DNA from: Candidatus Poribacteria bacterium
GTDB lineage: Bacteria; Poribacteria; WGA-4E; WGA-3G
Assembly: GCA_965215265.1 (NCBI GenBank)
Contig: OZ244048.1
Span: 128,001-192,000 of the forward strand
Reading direction: 5' to 3'
DNA length: 64,000 nt
Made by a program: the position numbers and the translations under genes. The notes under the pieces were generated by a model that saw nothing but the letters and a program-made list of their open reading frames with translations, searched no databases and had not been told where the DNA came from. Position 1 is the stretch's first letter; each line of letters opens with the position of its first letter. This document shows, in pieces, positions 1-9,790 of the stretch.

Positions 1-849
1 CAGCCATCGCGAGAAACCGGGGTTGAAAATGTCGTATTGGACGATATCAACGAGTCCGTCTTTTGCCCACTGCAACAAGTGTGGTGATGCGCCCCCCTCG
101 CCATCAGCAATTCGTGTAGGCAAGTCCTCGGTGTTCAGCCATTCTCTCAGGTGGCTATACAGTCTGGCATCTTCGTGGAATGCTTCCTCCATCCAATAGA
201 CATTTGCATCAGCGGTTTCACTTAATACCTGCTTCGTTAAGTTGAGGTTATAGCCGTTGTTTGCATCAATCAGGAGTGTTGCATCGGGCCCGACGGCTTC
301 TCGGACTGCGCGGATAACGTGAATATCTCGTTGTGTTCCTTTTTCAAGGGGCATGTGCATCGCGCCGCGTCCGACCTTAATTTTAAAGGCGGTATGCCCG
401 CGCGCCTCCCCCTCTAGCGCTTCAGAGGCGATAAGTGCGGCCCCTTCTGCATCATCATCCAGATGCAAATCATCAATGTATAACGAGGTATCATAGCACG
501 GTGCCCGGAACGCACCATTGTGTCCAGAGAGCAGCTGATAAACCGGTTTCTGCTCCAGCTGCCCCACGAGATCCCAGAGCGGGTATTCCAAAGCCCGAAA
601 CGCCTCTGCAACTCCATTTTCGGTATCAAAGGCATCGCTGAATTGGAAACCGACCATGGATGCTGCGACTTCTTTTGAGATCGATGAACGTCCGACTCCA
701 CTAGCGCCGTCAGAGGTAGTTATCCGTGCTATGCTGGGATGCACATACAGTCCGTGTTCACCCAATCGAGAATTGCATCCGGCTTTCCGTGGACGTTCGC
801 CTGTCAACCGTGCGCACTCAATCTTTTCAATTTTAACATTATGCTCCAT
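1..849 (-). CDS. Mandelate racemase/muconate lactonizing (enolase superfamily) enzyme, 3' end outside the window
   Basis: Absent from the ORF track because it runs off the edge. Hand translation from ATG 849 gives MEHNVKIEKIECARLTGERPRKAGCNSRLGEHG...PLWDLVGQLEQKPVYQLL...AFKIKVGRG...LLIDANNGY...YWMEEAF...IADGEG...VQYDIF, with KxK and D/E/E metal ligands; frame stays open to base 1. Confidence 0.85.
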   Translation of the reverse strand, partial: MEHNVKIEKIECARLTGERPRKAGCNSRLGEHGLYVHPSIARITTSDGASGVGRSSISKEVAASMVGFQFSDAFDTENGVAEAFRALEYPLWDLVGQLEQKPVYQLLSGHNGAFRAPCYDTSLYIDDLHLDDDAEGAALIASEALEGEARGHTAFKIKVGRGAMHMPLEKGTQRDIHVIRAVREAVGPDATLLIDANNGYNLNLTKQVLSETADANVYWMEEAFHEDARLYSHLREWLNTEDLPTRIADGEGGASPHLLQWAKDGLVDIVQYDIFNPGFSRWL

Positions 850-860
850 CGCAAGTATCC

Positions 861-1370
861 TTATATTTGGGTTTCAAGCAGTGCAAGGCTCTTCGCATCT
901 AATCGATGATAGTTTTCAATCTCATAGCGATTGCCATCTGCATCTTTAATAAGTACCTGCCCACTCTCAAGTGTGACGACATCGTAACGTGTCTTTAAGC
1001 CAAATTCAACTTCACCGCGGTTGGTTTCTACCGTCCACTTTGTCACCCCAAATTCTCCGTTTAATGCGTGGATTTTTGTAATCTTCGGCATAAAGTAGCG
1101 TCTTTCCAATTCAGCCACCAGGACCTTCTGTGAGGAATTGGAGAGCTGCTTGATGTCATGAATAACCCCGAGCTCGCTTGATTCACTATCCAATAACGCG
1201 ATGTACTTGTTCGGCTCAGTTAACGGGAACGTAAGAATAGGCTCGACGTTGGTATGGGTTGTGCCGTTGGGGAGTCTGACTACCATTTCTTCAAACGAGT
1301 CGCGTTCAATTTTAAGTCGACTCGCATCAAGGAATTGTAACTCTTCTGTAATGTGAATAGGTTCTGTCAT
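861..1370 (-). CDS. DUF1854-family protein
   Basis: 169 aa with FPLTEPNKYI, ELERRYFMPKITKI, WTVETNRG, IKDADGNRYEI motifs; lies directly downstream of an ABC exporter as is usual for this family. Confidence 0.75.
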   Translation of the reverse strand: MTEPIHITEELQFLDASRLKIERDSFEEMVVRLPNGTTHTNVEPILTFPLTEPNKYIALLDSESSELGVIHDIKQLSNSSQKVLVAELERRYFMPKITKIHALNGEFGVTKWTVETNRGEVEFGLKTRYDVVTLESGQVLIKDADGNRYEIENYHRLDAKSLALLETQI

Positions 1371-1481
1371 TTTTTCCTTTTTTCGTATATTTCAGCCCCA
1401 TCAAGGGTTATGTATTGTTAAATCCGAGGTTTTTACATTGCAGCCGCCTTGTTACGGGCTCCTGTAGACGAAAGATGGAGG

Positions 1482-3905
1482 TTACCATGCTCGAATTTTT
1501 GACAATTCTGTCTGTTTTTGACATAAAGTTGCATAGGTACCATCCTTAGCGAGCAATTCTTCATGCGTACCGATTTCATCAATTTTTCCTTCTTTCAAGA
1601 CAATCAGCCGGTCGGCGTATTTAAGAGTTGAAAGGCGGTGTGCGATAGCGAAAACGGTGCGGCCCCGCACGAGCCGTTCTAAGGCTTCCTGAATTTTAGA
1701 TTCTGTTTCAGTATCGACGGACGAGGTAGCTTCATCCAGGATGAGAATGCGTGGATTTTTCAAGATTGCACGCGCAATAGAAATCCGCTGCCGTTCCCCA
1801 CCGGACACCCGGGCACCACGTTCCCCGACCATGGTGTCGTAGCCATCTGGGAACTTAATGATAAAGTCGTGCGCGTTGGCCGCTTTGGCTGCTGCTATAA
1901 TTTCATGACGGGTTGCCCCCGGTTTCGAATAGCCGATATTCTCCGCTATCGTCCCTTGGAAGAGGAACGGATCTTGTAAAACCACGCCTATTTGTTGACG
2001 CAACGTCTTTAAACGAATGGATTGGTGGTCCTGTCCATCAATCTTTATATTACCACTGCTCGGATCGTAGAATCGGGTAATCAAATTGATGAGCGTACTC
2101 TTTCCGGCCCCACTATGTCCAACTAACCCGATCATTTCCCCGGATGCTACTTGAAAACTAACCCCATTTAGTGCGTTCTTTTCGGTATCGTAAGAGAAAT
2201 AGACATCTTTGAATTCGACATCCCCTTGCACATTTTCAAGCGCGATAGCCTCTTGTTTATCTGCAACAGAGGGCGGTGTATCTAATATCTCAAAAACGCG
2301 CTCAGCGGAAGTGGCTGCTCGAACAAATCGCTCGTTCATGTGAGAGAGCGTGTAGACTGGCCCGAAGAACCGATGCATCAGACTCTGGAACATGAACAGC
2401 GCGCCAAGTGTAAGTTCTCCGTTGAATATTTGTTGTCCACCTACGAACCAGATTATAATCGAACCGGAAAAGACGATAAAGCCCATAACCGGACGGTAAA
2501 GCGTCCATAATTTCGCGGCGTTCATTTCACCGTGGAAAACCTGATCTGTCTGTTCGTTAAACCGGCTCACTTCATGGCGTTCACGGGCAAAAGCTTTAAC
2601 GACACGGATGCCTGGAATCGTACTCGCCAAAATGGTACTAATGTTGGCGTATCTTTTCCATAAAACGGTGAAGACCTTGCCCATCTTTTTTCCGAAAAAG
2701 ATCGTGAAGAAGATCAGACACGGAATCGGAATCAGTGTCCACAGTGCCAATTTCCAATTATCAAAGAACATGATAATGGCGATAAAAATTATTGTGAGCG
2801 AGTCGCCAATAATATCTTGTACGCCATTCGCTATGAAGTCCCGGAGCCTCGCGACATCTTGCGTGATTCGTGACATCAGGTTTCCGGTATCCCGTTCCTG
2901 ATAAAAATCGAGAGAGAGCGCGTTTAGATGTTCGTATGTCTCGTTTCGCAGATGGCGTGTGATGTTCTGCCCGACCCAGGCCATCATATAGCCACGAATT
3001 GCGGAAGTGGCTGTTGTGAAAACGTTTACGGATGCCATTAAAAAGACGATGAAAACGAGGTGTCCCCACTGGCCAGGCACCGGTATAGCGGTGAACCAAT
3101 TCCCTAACCAATTTATGAACCCCTCAAGATGTCCCCAGCTGGTTACTGGCAGCGGGTTACCTTGTGCGACAGCATTGGCAACGGGGGTAAGAATGTTATC
3201 TACCATTTGTTTGCTAAGAATAGGCGGATAAAGCGAGACCGCGCGAATCACCATCATCAAAGCAAGGGCAGGTAAAACAACATACCAAAACGGAAACGCG
3301 TATTTAATCAACCGGAAAATCAGTTTCCGTTTTTCAACGCAATTCACACACACACCAGACCAGCTCGGAATCGGCTGTCCGCATGTTTCACACTTATCCT
3401 TGTTTTTCCCTAACCCTTTAGGTTTTGGTGCCTGTTCTTTCTCGGATGCATCTGGATTGGCTTCCTTCACGAGAGATTCTAAGGCAGGTGTTACCAATTC
3501 GAACTTAGGTGCAACTCGCCTCGAGTAGCGTGCTACTTCCATTGCATTGTCTGGCGTACGCACTTTCAGGATGTTGTTGCCGTGCATCTCCAGCACATCA
3601 ACGGTCTCAACCGAATTTAAGGGAATCTCACGTAGTTCGTGGTCGGGTGAGCCGTTTTGGTTAAAAGCGATGAGACGTTTATTAGTCGCAATTACCCAAT
3701 CCTTGCCGTAGGTTCCATTAAACCGGAGATCTGTTGAAACCGAGACCTTAATCCTCTCCCCGTTTGAAAGGAATCTCTGTAAACGTTTATCCAAATTTTC
3801 AGGAATTTCTTCTGTTGTTGTTAACGCTTCGTCTGCCTGTTTATCGAAGTGCGCACGCCCGTATGAGGGGCTCCGTCGGCTAAACTCACGTCGCGTCCTG
3901 TCCAT
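1482..3905 (-). CDS. ABC exporter (fused TMD + ATPase) with long N-terminal extension
   Basis: Walker A GHSGAGKS, signature VSGGERQR, Walker B ILILDEATS and AHRL switch; six-helix TMD. Start moved to ATG 3905, which follows a GGAGG SD. Confidence 0.92.
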   Translation of the reverse strand: MDRTRREFSRRSPSYGRAHFDKQADEALTTTEEIPENLDKRLQRFLSNGERIKVSVSTDLRFNGTYGKDWVIATNKRLIAFNQNGSPDHELREIPLNSVETVDVLEMHGNNILKVRTPDNAMEVARYSRRVAPKFELVTPALESLVKEANPDASEKEQAPKPKGLGKNKDKCETCGQPIPSWSGVCVNCVEKRKLIFRLIKYAFPFWYVVLPALALMMVIRAVSLYPPILSKQMVDNILTPVANAVAQGNPLPVTSWGHLEGFINWLGNWFTAIPVPGQWGHLVFIVFLMASVNVFTTATSAIRGYMMAWVGQNITRHLRNETYEHLNALSLDFYQERDTGNLMSRITQDVARLRDFIANGVQDIIGDSLTIIFIAIIMFFDNWKLALWTLIPIPCLIFFTIFFGKKMGKVFTVLWKRYANISTILASTIPGIRVVKAFARERHEVSRFNEQTDQVFHGEMNAAKLWTLYRPVMGFIVFSGSIIIWFVGGQQIFNGELTLGALFMFQSLMHRFFGPVYTLSHMNERFVRAATSAERVFEILDTPPSVADKQEAIALENVQGDVEFKDVYFSYDTEKNALNGVSFQVASGEMIGLVGHSGAGKSTLINLITRFYDPSSGNIKIDGQDHQSIRLKTLRQQIGVVLQDPFLFQGTIAENIGYSKPGATRHEIIAAAKAANAHDFIIKFPDGYDTMVGERGARVSGGERQRISIARAILKNPRILILDEATSSVDTETESKIQEALERLVRGRTVFAIAHRLSTLKYADRLIVLKEGKIDEIGTHEELLAKDGTYATLCQKQTELSKIRAW

Positions 3906-3971
3906 TAGCAAACCTCCGCACTGAGTGCAAAATTTGCGAAACCCTATGTTCAGACTCAAAATTGTTTAATT

Positions 3972-3995
3972 AACGAAAAAACTAAAAAAAGGTTG
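3972..3995 (-). promoter_or_regulatory. Putative ECF-sigma promoter (CAAC-N16-CGTT)
   Basis: Minus strand reads tcaac-ctttttttagtttttt-cgtta, about 65 nt upstream of the ABC exporter start; same spacing as the sites at 43473 and 45117. Confidence 0.4.
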
Positions 3996-4174
3996 AATAA
4001 ATTTTAACAAATTCTCTAAAAAAACGGAAAACCTGAAAATAAGCCCGCGTATCTGCTAAATCTCTATGAAAATTGTAAGCGGTGGTTCTTGCTTTTTTAT
4101 TTAAACGTTGGTAAACTAAATCCAAAATAGAGAGAACTGAAATTCGACAATTCGATTGAAAAACGGAGGGAAAA

Positions 4175-4912
4175 ATGGTTTTCAGAAATTTGGTCCTTTT
4201 ATGCACAGTATTAACCTTCGGAAGCATCATTTCGCTGAGTGCCCCGGCAGTGCTGCTGTTCCATGACGATTTTGAAAAGGATGAAATTGGTAAGGAACCT
4301 GGGAAATGGAGCGTGGGGCATGATGGCAGCACAACGGCTCAGGTTGTTGCAGATCCGAAAGATGCTAGGAACAGAGTGCTTTTAACTGCGGATAAAGCCT
4401 CCAACCAATCACGGCATGATGTCGGCGGTTCTATTTACGTTGTAGGCGATGCGAATTGGGACGACTACGTCGCGGAATGGGACATGATGTTTCCAGACGA
4501 CTTCTACATGGGGGTTGTCTTCCGGTTTCAGGACGGTGAGAAATTCTATCTCAGCGATCGGCGGCAGGGAGGCCGAGATTACCACTTCTATAAACGGCAA
4601 GGCGGATGGGCACAAGTACAAGCCGGAATGGTGGAAAACGAACCCGAAGTCTGGTATCGCGCACAACTCGTACTTTCCGGAGATGAATTCACCTTTAAAC
4701 TAAAGGAGCGGAAGAATAACACCACGTTTGATAAAATTGATGCCGCCACTGAAGGTTCAGATGCGACTTTCAAAACGGGGCAGTTCGGGAACTATGGTCT
4801 CGTTTATCTGGATAACATCTTCATCGGAGATGCCGTTGAAGACCTGGTTTTGCCTGTTGAAGCGCAGGGTAAGTTAAGCACAACATGGGGCGCGATTAAG
4901 ACTGCCTATTAA
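4175..4912 (+). CDS. Secreted beta-sandwich (concanavalin/3-keto-disaccharide hydrolase-like) protein with C-terminal LPVEAQGKLSTTWGAIK tail
   Basis: Signal peptide; LFHDDFE, WDDYVAEWDM, GVVFRFQDGEKFY and PEVWYRAQL motifs; GGAGG SD. Confidence 0.7.
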   Translation: MVFRNLVLLCTVLTFGSIISLSAPAVLLFHDDFEKDEIGKEPGKWSVGHDGSTTAQVVADPKDARNRVLLTADKASNQSRHDVGGSIYVVGDANWDDYVAEWDMMFPDDFYMGVVFRFQDGEKFYLSDRRQGGRDYHFYKRQGGWAQVQAGMVENEPEVWYRAQLVLSGDEFTFKLKERKNNTTFDKIDAATEGSDATFKTGQFGNYGLVYLDNIFIGDAVEDLVLPVEAQGKLSTTWGAIKTAY

Positions 4913-4955
4913 TTCCGTTTTAACCTAACCTGTAAAAAAAGGAGTTGGAACAGAT

Positions 4956-6248
4956 ATGTCAACAGTAATTACCTACGGCGGGAAAGAGAACGTCATAACA
5001 GCTCATGAGAAACGCGCCCTGTTAAATGAAGCATTACTCAAACTGGGTGGTATTCCAAAAAAGATTTTGGTGATTCCTCCGGATATAACCCGCTTCCATT
5101 CAAATGCAGGTGAACTCACCCGAATTCTCTATGAGTTATGGGATGCTGCAAACGGTACTATATTTGATATTCTGCCTGCAATCGGCACGCACGCCCCGAT
5201 GACATCTGACCAGATTAACGATATGTACGGCCAATTGCCCAAGGCAACCTATCACGTTCATAATTGGCGGAAAGGCCTTCACGACTTCGGGGAGGTGCCA
5301 TCAGAGTTTGTGCATGAGGTTTCAAGCGGCAAAATCAGTTATAGCATCCCGGTCTCTGTAAACCGTCTATTAGTTGAGGGAGATTACGAGCTCATCATCT
5401 CTATTGGGCAGGTTATTCCCCACGAGGTGATCGGCATGGCAAACGGCTTTAAGAATATCCTTGTCGGTACTGGTGGGGTTGAAATGATTAACAAGTCCCA
5501 TTTCTTAGGCGCTGTAGACGGAATGGAGCAGCTGATGGGACGGACGCACACGTCGGTACGGAAGGTACTCAACTATGCGAACGCACACTACCTAAAACAA
5601 CTTGGGATTGTCTATCTGATGACTGTCATGGATGTAGACATCGCCGGAAATCGTGTGATGCGCGGACTTTACGTGGGCGACGATGCTGACACTTTTGAGA
5701 TGGCTGCCGCATTAAGCCGCGCCGTTAATCTAACTTTTTTAGATGAACCCTTAAAAAAATCTGTTGTCTATTTGGACCCGCGGGAATTTAAGAGTACCTG
5801 GCTCGGTAATAAAGCAATCTATCGTACCCGGATGGCGATGGCAGATAACGGCACCCTAATTATCATTGCCCCGGGGCTCCAGGAATTTGGTGAAGACCCG
5901 GAAATTGACCGCCTCATCCGAAAATACGGCTATCGTGGCACAACTGCAACACTCCAGGCTGTTGAAGAAAATCTAGAATTGCGACAGAACCTCTCCGCTG
6001 CAGCCCACTTAATTCATGGTAGTACAGAAAACCGGTTCAAAGTTGTCTACGCTACCGAACATCTGACGCAAACTGAAATTGAATCTGTCGGATATGAGTG
6101 GGCTCCCTTAGACGAAATTCTTTCCACATATAACCCTAAAACGCTTGTGGATGGGTTCCATGGAAAATCTGATGAGGATCGTTTTTTCTATATCAGTGAA
6201 CCTGGGCAAGGGCTATGGGCATTGTGCTCGCAATTTAAAGCGTATTAA
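4956..6248 (+). CDS. LarA (lactate racemase)-family / DUF2088 protein, likely a sugar-acid epimerase
   Basis: IPPDITR, PAIGTHAPM, HVHNW and VIPHEVIGMANGFKNILVG motifs; AGGAG SD. Confidence 0.8.
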   Translation: MSTVITYGGKENVITAHEKRALLNEALLKLGGIPKKILVIPPDITRFHSNAGELTRILYELWDAANGTIFDILPAIGTHAPMTSDQINDMYGQLPKATYHVHNWRKGLHDFGEVPSEFVHEVSSGKISYSIPVSVNRLLVEGDYELIISIGQVIPHEVIGMANGFKNILVGTGGVEMINKSHFLGAVDGMEQLMGRTHTSVRKVLNYANAHYLKQLGIVYLMTVMDVDIAGNRVMRGLYVGDDADTFEMAAALSRAVNLTFLDEPLKKSVVYLDPREFKSTWLGNKAIYRTRMAMADNGTLIIIAPGLQEFGEDPEIDRLIRKYGYRGTTATLQAVEENLELRQNLSAAAHLIHGSTENRFKVVYATEHLTQTEIESVGYEWAPLDEILSTYNPKTLVDGFHGKSDEDRFFYISEPGQGLWALCSQFKAY

Positions 6249-6939
6249 GCAGCCCTGGTAATTCCGAGAGGCACTGAATCGTTTTGTGCCATCGATGCGG
6301 TTGCGTACCGGCCCGGTCGATGAGAATAGCTCGGATGCCTACGTTCTCTGCACCGACGATATCGGCTTCGTAGGTATCCCCTATGTGAACGGTTTCCTCA
6401 GCAGGAACGTTGATTGCTCTCAGTGTGTAGTTAAAGATATGTGGTGCCGGCTTTGCTGCCCTGACACGTTCATCGTGAGAAGCGACAATTGCATCAAAAT
6501 AGTGTGCAATACCGAGCCGCTCAGTCAGTGGATCCAACGGTGTATCCCAATTTGAGACAATCGCTAACTTAAATCCGTCATTTCTCAAACACTGGAGCGT
6601 CGGGATGACATCCTCGTAGAGCGTCGCTTTACTTGCAGAAAAGAGCGAGTGTTCATACTGCAACAATTCCCAACTCATCTGTTCTATATACTGTTGAGCT
6701 CCAAGTTCCCTGAACAGATCACAATAACTGGCAAAAATCTTTTGCATCGTCTGTTGCAGGCTGTGGTGAGTCGGATCTGAAGCGGATGCATCGGCATAGA
6801 GGTTCGCACGTGCCTCTTCATAACGTTTCCAGTTAATTGGAGCCCGATACCGTTCAGCAATCTTTTGAAGCGTTTCAGCAAGTGTTCCTTGCCAGACACA
6901 CAATGTTTTGTAGAAATCAAAGAAAACTGCTTTAACCAT
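6235..6939 (-). CDS. HAD-IA family hydrolase
   Basis: AVFFDFYKTL, AIVSNWD, KPAPHIF and HIGDTYEADIVGA motifs. Confidence 0.88.
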   Translation of the reverse strand: MVKAVFFDFYKTLCVWQGTLAETLQKIAERYRAPINWKRYEEARANLYADASASDPTHHSLQQTMQKIFASYCDLFRELGAQQYIEQMSWELLQYEHSLFSASKATLYEDVIPTLQCLRNDGFKLAIVSNWDTPLDPLTERLGIAHYFDAIVASHDERVRAAKPAPHIFNYTLRAINVPAEETVHIGDTYEADIVGAENVGIRAILIDRAGTQPHRWHKTIQCLSELPGLLNTL

Positions 6940-7235
6940 TTTAGTGAATTCCGCGACACCTCTAGATTTTCAACCTCTTGATCTGTCAAAGGTTTAACTA
7001 TTATAGCATATTAAATAGGGCATTGCAACTTTTTTCATCTTCTTGCCAAAAACCGTGAGGGTTCATTTTTATTTATTAAATCACGGTTCAACTCCGTAGC
7101 CCCTTTATGAGTCAACGTGCCAAAAGCATGTAGGGCTTTTGGTAGGGGTACCCTCTCTTGTCAATTTCGCGCGATACCTTGGTATTGTAGCGGCACGTCC
7201 CCCATCTGCGAGTTGCGCAGTGCGATTTTATTCGC

Positions 7236-7264
7236 TTGACAAATTTTTGCTGAAATCCTATAAT
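7236..7264 (+). promoter_or_regulatory. Sigma70 consensus promoter
   Basis: TTGACA-17 nt-TATAAT, exact consensus, upstream of CDS 7388. Confidence 0.8.
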
Positions 7265-7387
7265 AACGGGTAACATCGTTAAGAAAACTCGCAGTGTTTT
7301 TTACACTGCAAATCGATAGAGCAGCTGAGTTACACATGCATTCAACTCGGCTTTCTCAATCATCAACCTATAAGGAGGCAAAATTAA

Positions 7388-8218
7388 ATGACTCGATGTT
7401 ATCAATTCACACTCGCAACGGCGATTATGTTCGCGCTAGTTATGAGTATCTCCCACTTTGCATTCGCACAAGGTAAAGTTAACGTTAAAGAAGGTCCCTT
7501 AAAAGAGAAGGATTGGATGGTAAAGGTCCCCGGTGCAGAATTGAGCGAAGACCATTCCAAAGTTAAGACGTGGATCAGTAAGTGGTATGGACCCGAGGGT
7601 AACTATGAAAACAACGGTAGTTTTCAAGTTTCTGCGCCGAAAGATCTGATTGACGAAGGCTCTAACGGTAAACTTGATCAGGTTTCACTTTCAACGGTTG
7701 AAGGTTTGAAAAAGACTCAAACCATTAAAATGGCGTGGGATAAAAAGAACGGCGGCACTCGAGAGTGGACAGTCTTTGAACTTGACGTTGCAAGCCAGGA
7801 TAATATGAACCGGGACGGCCCCGCGGATAACATTGATACCTACGTTATGTGTGTTCTTGCCGCACCCAAAGATATGAAAGCGGTGATGTCCCCTGCACAC
7901 GACGACCACGCACAAATCTGGATCAACGGTGAGAAATGGTACAACAATCCTACTTGGACGGGTGCCGCGCAACAGGTCGACTACAACATAGAAATCCAGT
8001 TGCAAAAAGGCGCAAATGTCTTTCTCTATAGGGTTGGCGAATCCGGAGGAGCTGCGTATATCAATTTGCATTTCGACGACAATACGCACAAAGTCTGCCA
8101 GATCTATCCGGATAAGGCAAACGACCAGCAAAGTTTCTTCAGAGAAGTCGCCGGGGTCTTGCCGGTTGAGCCTACCGGCAAATTGACAACGGTTTGGGCA
8201 GACCTTAAACGCGAATAG
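7388..8218 (+). CDS. Secreted protein of unknown function with C-terminal LPVEPTGKLTTVWADLK tail
   Basis: Signal peptide ending AFA; HDDHAQIWINGEKW (PA14/galactose-binding-like segment); TAAGGAGG SD. Confidence 0.7.
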   Translation: MTRCYQFTLATAIMFALVMSISHFAFAQGKVNVKEGPLKEKDWMVKVPGAELSEDHSKVKTWISKWYGPEGNYENNGSFQVSAPKDLIDEGSNGKLDQVSLSTVEGLKKTQTIKMAWDKKNGGTREWTVFELDVASQDNMNRDGPADNIDTYVMCVLAAPKDMKAVMSPAHDDHAQIWINGEKWYNNPTWTGAAQQVDYNIEIQLQKGANVFLYRVGESGGAAYINLHFDDNTHKVCQIYPDKANDQQSFFREVAGVLPVEPTGKLTTVWADLKRE

Positions 8219-8316
8219 CACATCCAACCACACGTATCTATAAATCTATAATAAACCTTGTGCCTTACTGATGCACAGAGAGATAGAATCCTCGTGATAC
8301 AATTTGTGGGTAATAG

Positions 8317-8358
8317 TCCCTCGCTAGAAGGCTAGAGAAGTTGCTTTCTAGCGAGGGA
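8317..8358. terminator. Inverted repeat between convergent genes, probable bidirectional terminator
   Basis: tccctcgctagaa (8317-8329) pairs perfectly with ttctagcgaggga (8346-8358). Confidence 0.6.
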
Positions 8359-8413
8359 ATTTAAATTGCCTTATTGTTCTGTTATCAGGAATACTCGTGT
8401 GCCCTCTCGTTCG

Positions 8414-9100
8414 CTATTGGTAACGTGTTGGATCTGGGAGACCCGCTTCTTCAAAGCCTCGCTTGCGTAGAACGCAGCTATCACAACCCGCACAAGCATT
8501 CCCCTCGATATCCGGATCGTAGCAACTCAATGTGAGACTGTAATCGACACCTAGTGATATCCCGGTTTGGATAATCTCGGATTTTGTTTTATAAATAAGG
8601 GGTGTTTGAATTGTCAATTGCGTTTTGCCTTCAACCCCGGCTTTCGTAGCAAGGTTCGCCATCGTTTGATAGGCGTGAATATATTCAGGACGGCAATCTG
8701 GGTAACCGCTATAATCGACAGCATTGACCCCCATAAACATCGTATCTGCCTCGAGTACCTCTGCCCATGCGAGCGCGTAGGAGAGGAAGATGGTATTCCG
8801 GGCTGGCACGTAGGTAATTGGAATGCTTCCGGACATTTCTGCTTCGGAACGGTTCTTCGGTACTTCAATGTCAGCTGTCAATGCCGAGGCCCCGAAAGTG
8901 CGCAGGTCTATATCAACGACGGTGTGCTGTTGTACACCCATGACTTTGGCGATATTTTCTGCACATTTCAATTCAGCTTCGTGCCGCTGGCCGTATCTAA
9001 AAGTCATAGCGTAGGCATCGTAACCTTCGGCAATGACAATGGCGAGTACGGTGGTTGAATCTATGCCGCCACTTAATAGCGAGACTGCTTTCTTAGCCAA
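8414..9100 (-). CDS. queC: 7-cyano-7-deazaguanine synthase
   Basis: [39 protein letters not shown] and SCY...[10 protein letters not shown] motifs. Start set at TTG 9100 after an AAAGGA SD (ORF track extends to 9166). Confidence 0.95.
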   Translation of the reverse strand: MAKKAVSLLSGGIDSTTVLAIVIAEGYDAYAMTFRYGQRHEAELKCAENIAKVMGVQQHTVVDIDLRTFGASALTADIEVPKNRSEAEMSGSIPITYVPARNTIFLSYALAWAEVLEADTMFMGVNAVDYSGYPDCRPEYIHAYQTMANLATKAGVEGKTQLTIQTPLIYKTKSEIIQTGISLGVDYSLTLSCYDPDIEGNACAGCDSCVLRKRGFEEAGLPDPTRYQ

Positions 9101-9204
9101 TTCTGATTTCCTTTTTGTCGATGACAGCGGTAATGCCTGCACCTCATCCAGGTGGAATGGGTGCATTGCATTCCGCTGGCCATTATCTAGAGAATAGGGG
9201 GCCT

Positions 9205-9732
9205 TTACTCTTTTTCAAACTCTAACTTGGCAAAACGGAGGAAAATCCCACCCCCAGGCCTTGCAAAGGGTCCATTGACAGCCAAGCAGGCGATGACGTG
9301 TTTTGCACCTGGGGTTGCACTCTCGGAGACAACGACACGTTGGGGGGCATTGAAACCAGAGGCTGCGCCACGTCCTGATTCGCCAAAGGCCAGGTCAATC
9401 TCTCCGTCCACCCAGACTTCACCGTAATCGTCGATGCACGTATGGAACCACACCTCTGCTCCGGCGACTGAAACGCCGTCAACTTCTTCTGGAATTGTGA
9501 CAGTAATCCGATACCAGCCGAAGCAGAATCCGGTTGAGAGGATTTCTTGGATATTCTCACAAATGTGCCAATCTGAATCGTCATAATCAGCGAGACGGGC
9601 GGGTGTCTCTTGCAACTGATCGACTAAACCCCCGTTGGGTTCCCCGGGGACGAGGCCGTCTGCATAACGCCACTGTGCCTCGGTGAGTTGGAGGTGCTCT
9701 GGATTTTCCAAATCAAGTTGTGCAATAATCAT
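9205..9732 (-). CDS. Hypothetical protein resembling the GH2 sugar-binding (galactose-binding-like) domain
   Basis: [17 protein letters not shown] and [11 protein letters not shown] motifs; start at ATG 9732 after AAAGGA. Confidence 0.6.
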   Translation of the reverse strand: MIIAQLDLENPEHLQLTEAQWRYADGLVPGEPNGGLVDQLQETPARLADYDDSDWHICENIQEILSTGFCFGWYRITVTIPEEVDGVSVAGAEVWFHTCIDDYGEVWVDGEIDLAFGESGRGAASGFNAPQRVVVSESATPGAKHVIACLAVNGPFARPGGGIFLRFAKLEFEKE

Positions 9733-9790
9733 TTTGTATTCCTTTCTGACAATAGAGTCGAGCCGTGCGCTTCTAAGTGGCACGTCCCGC

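Noticed and set aside
414-949. Short track ORFs at 414-701, 435-641 and 656-949
   Set aside because: They overlap the real enolase-family gene (1-849, minus), which the track missed.
9101-9204. preQ1 riboswitch upstream of queC
   Set aside because: No class I consensus (short stem plus A-rich pseudoknot tail) seen; only a long hairpin, reported separately.
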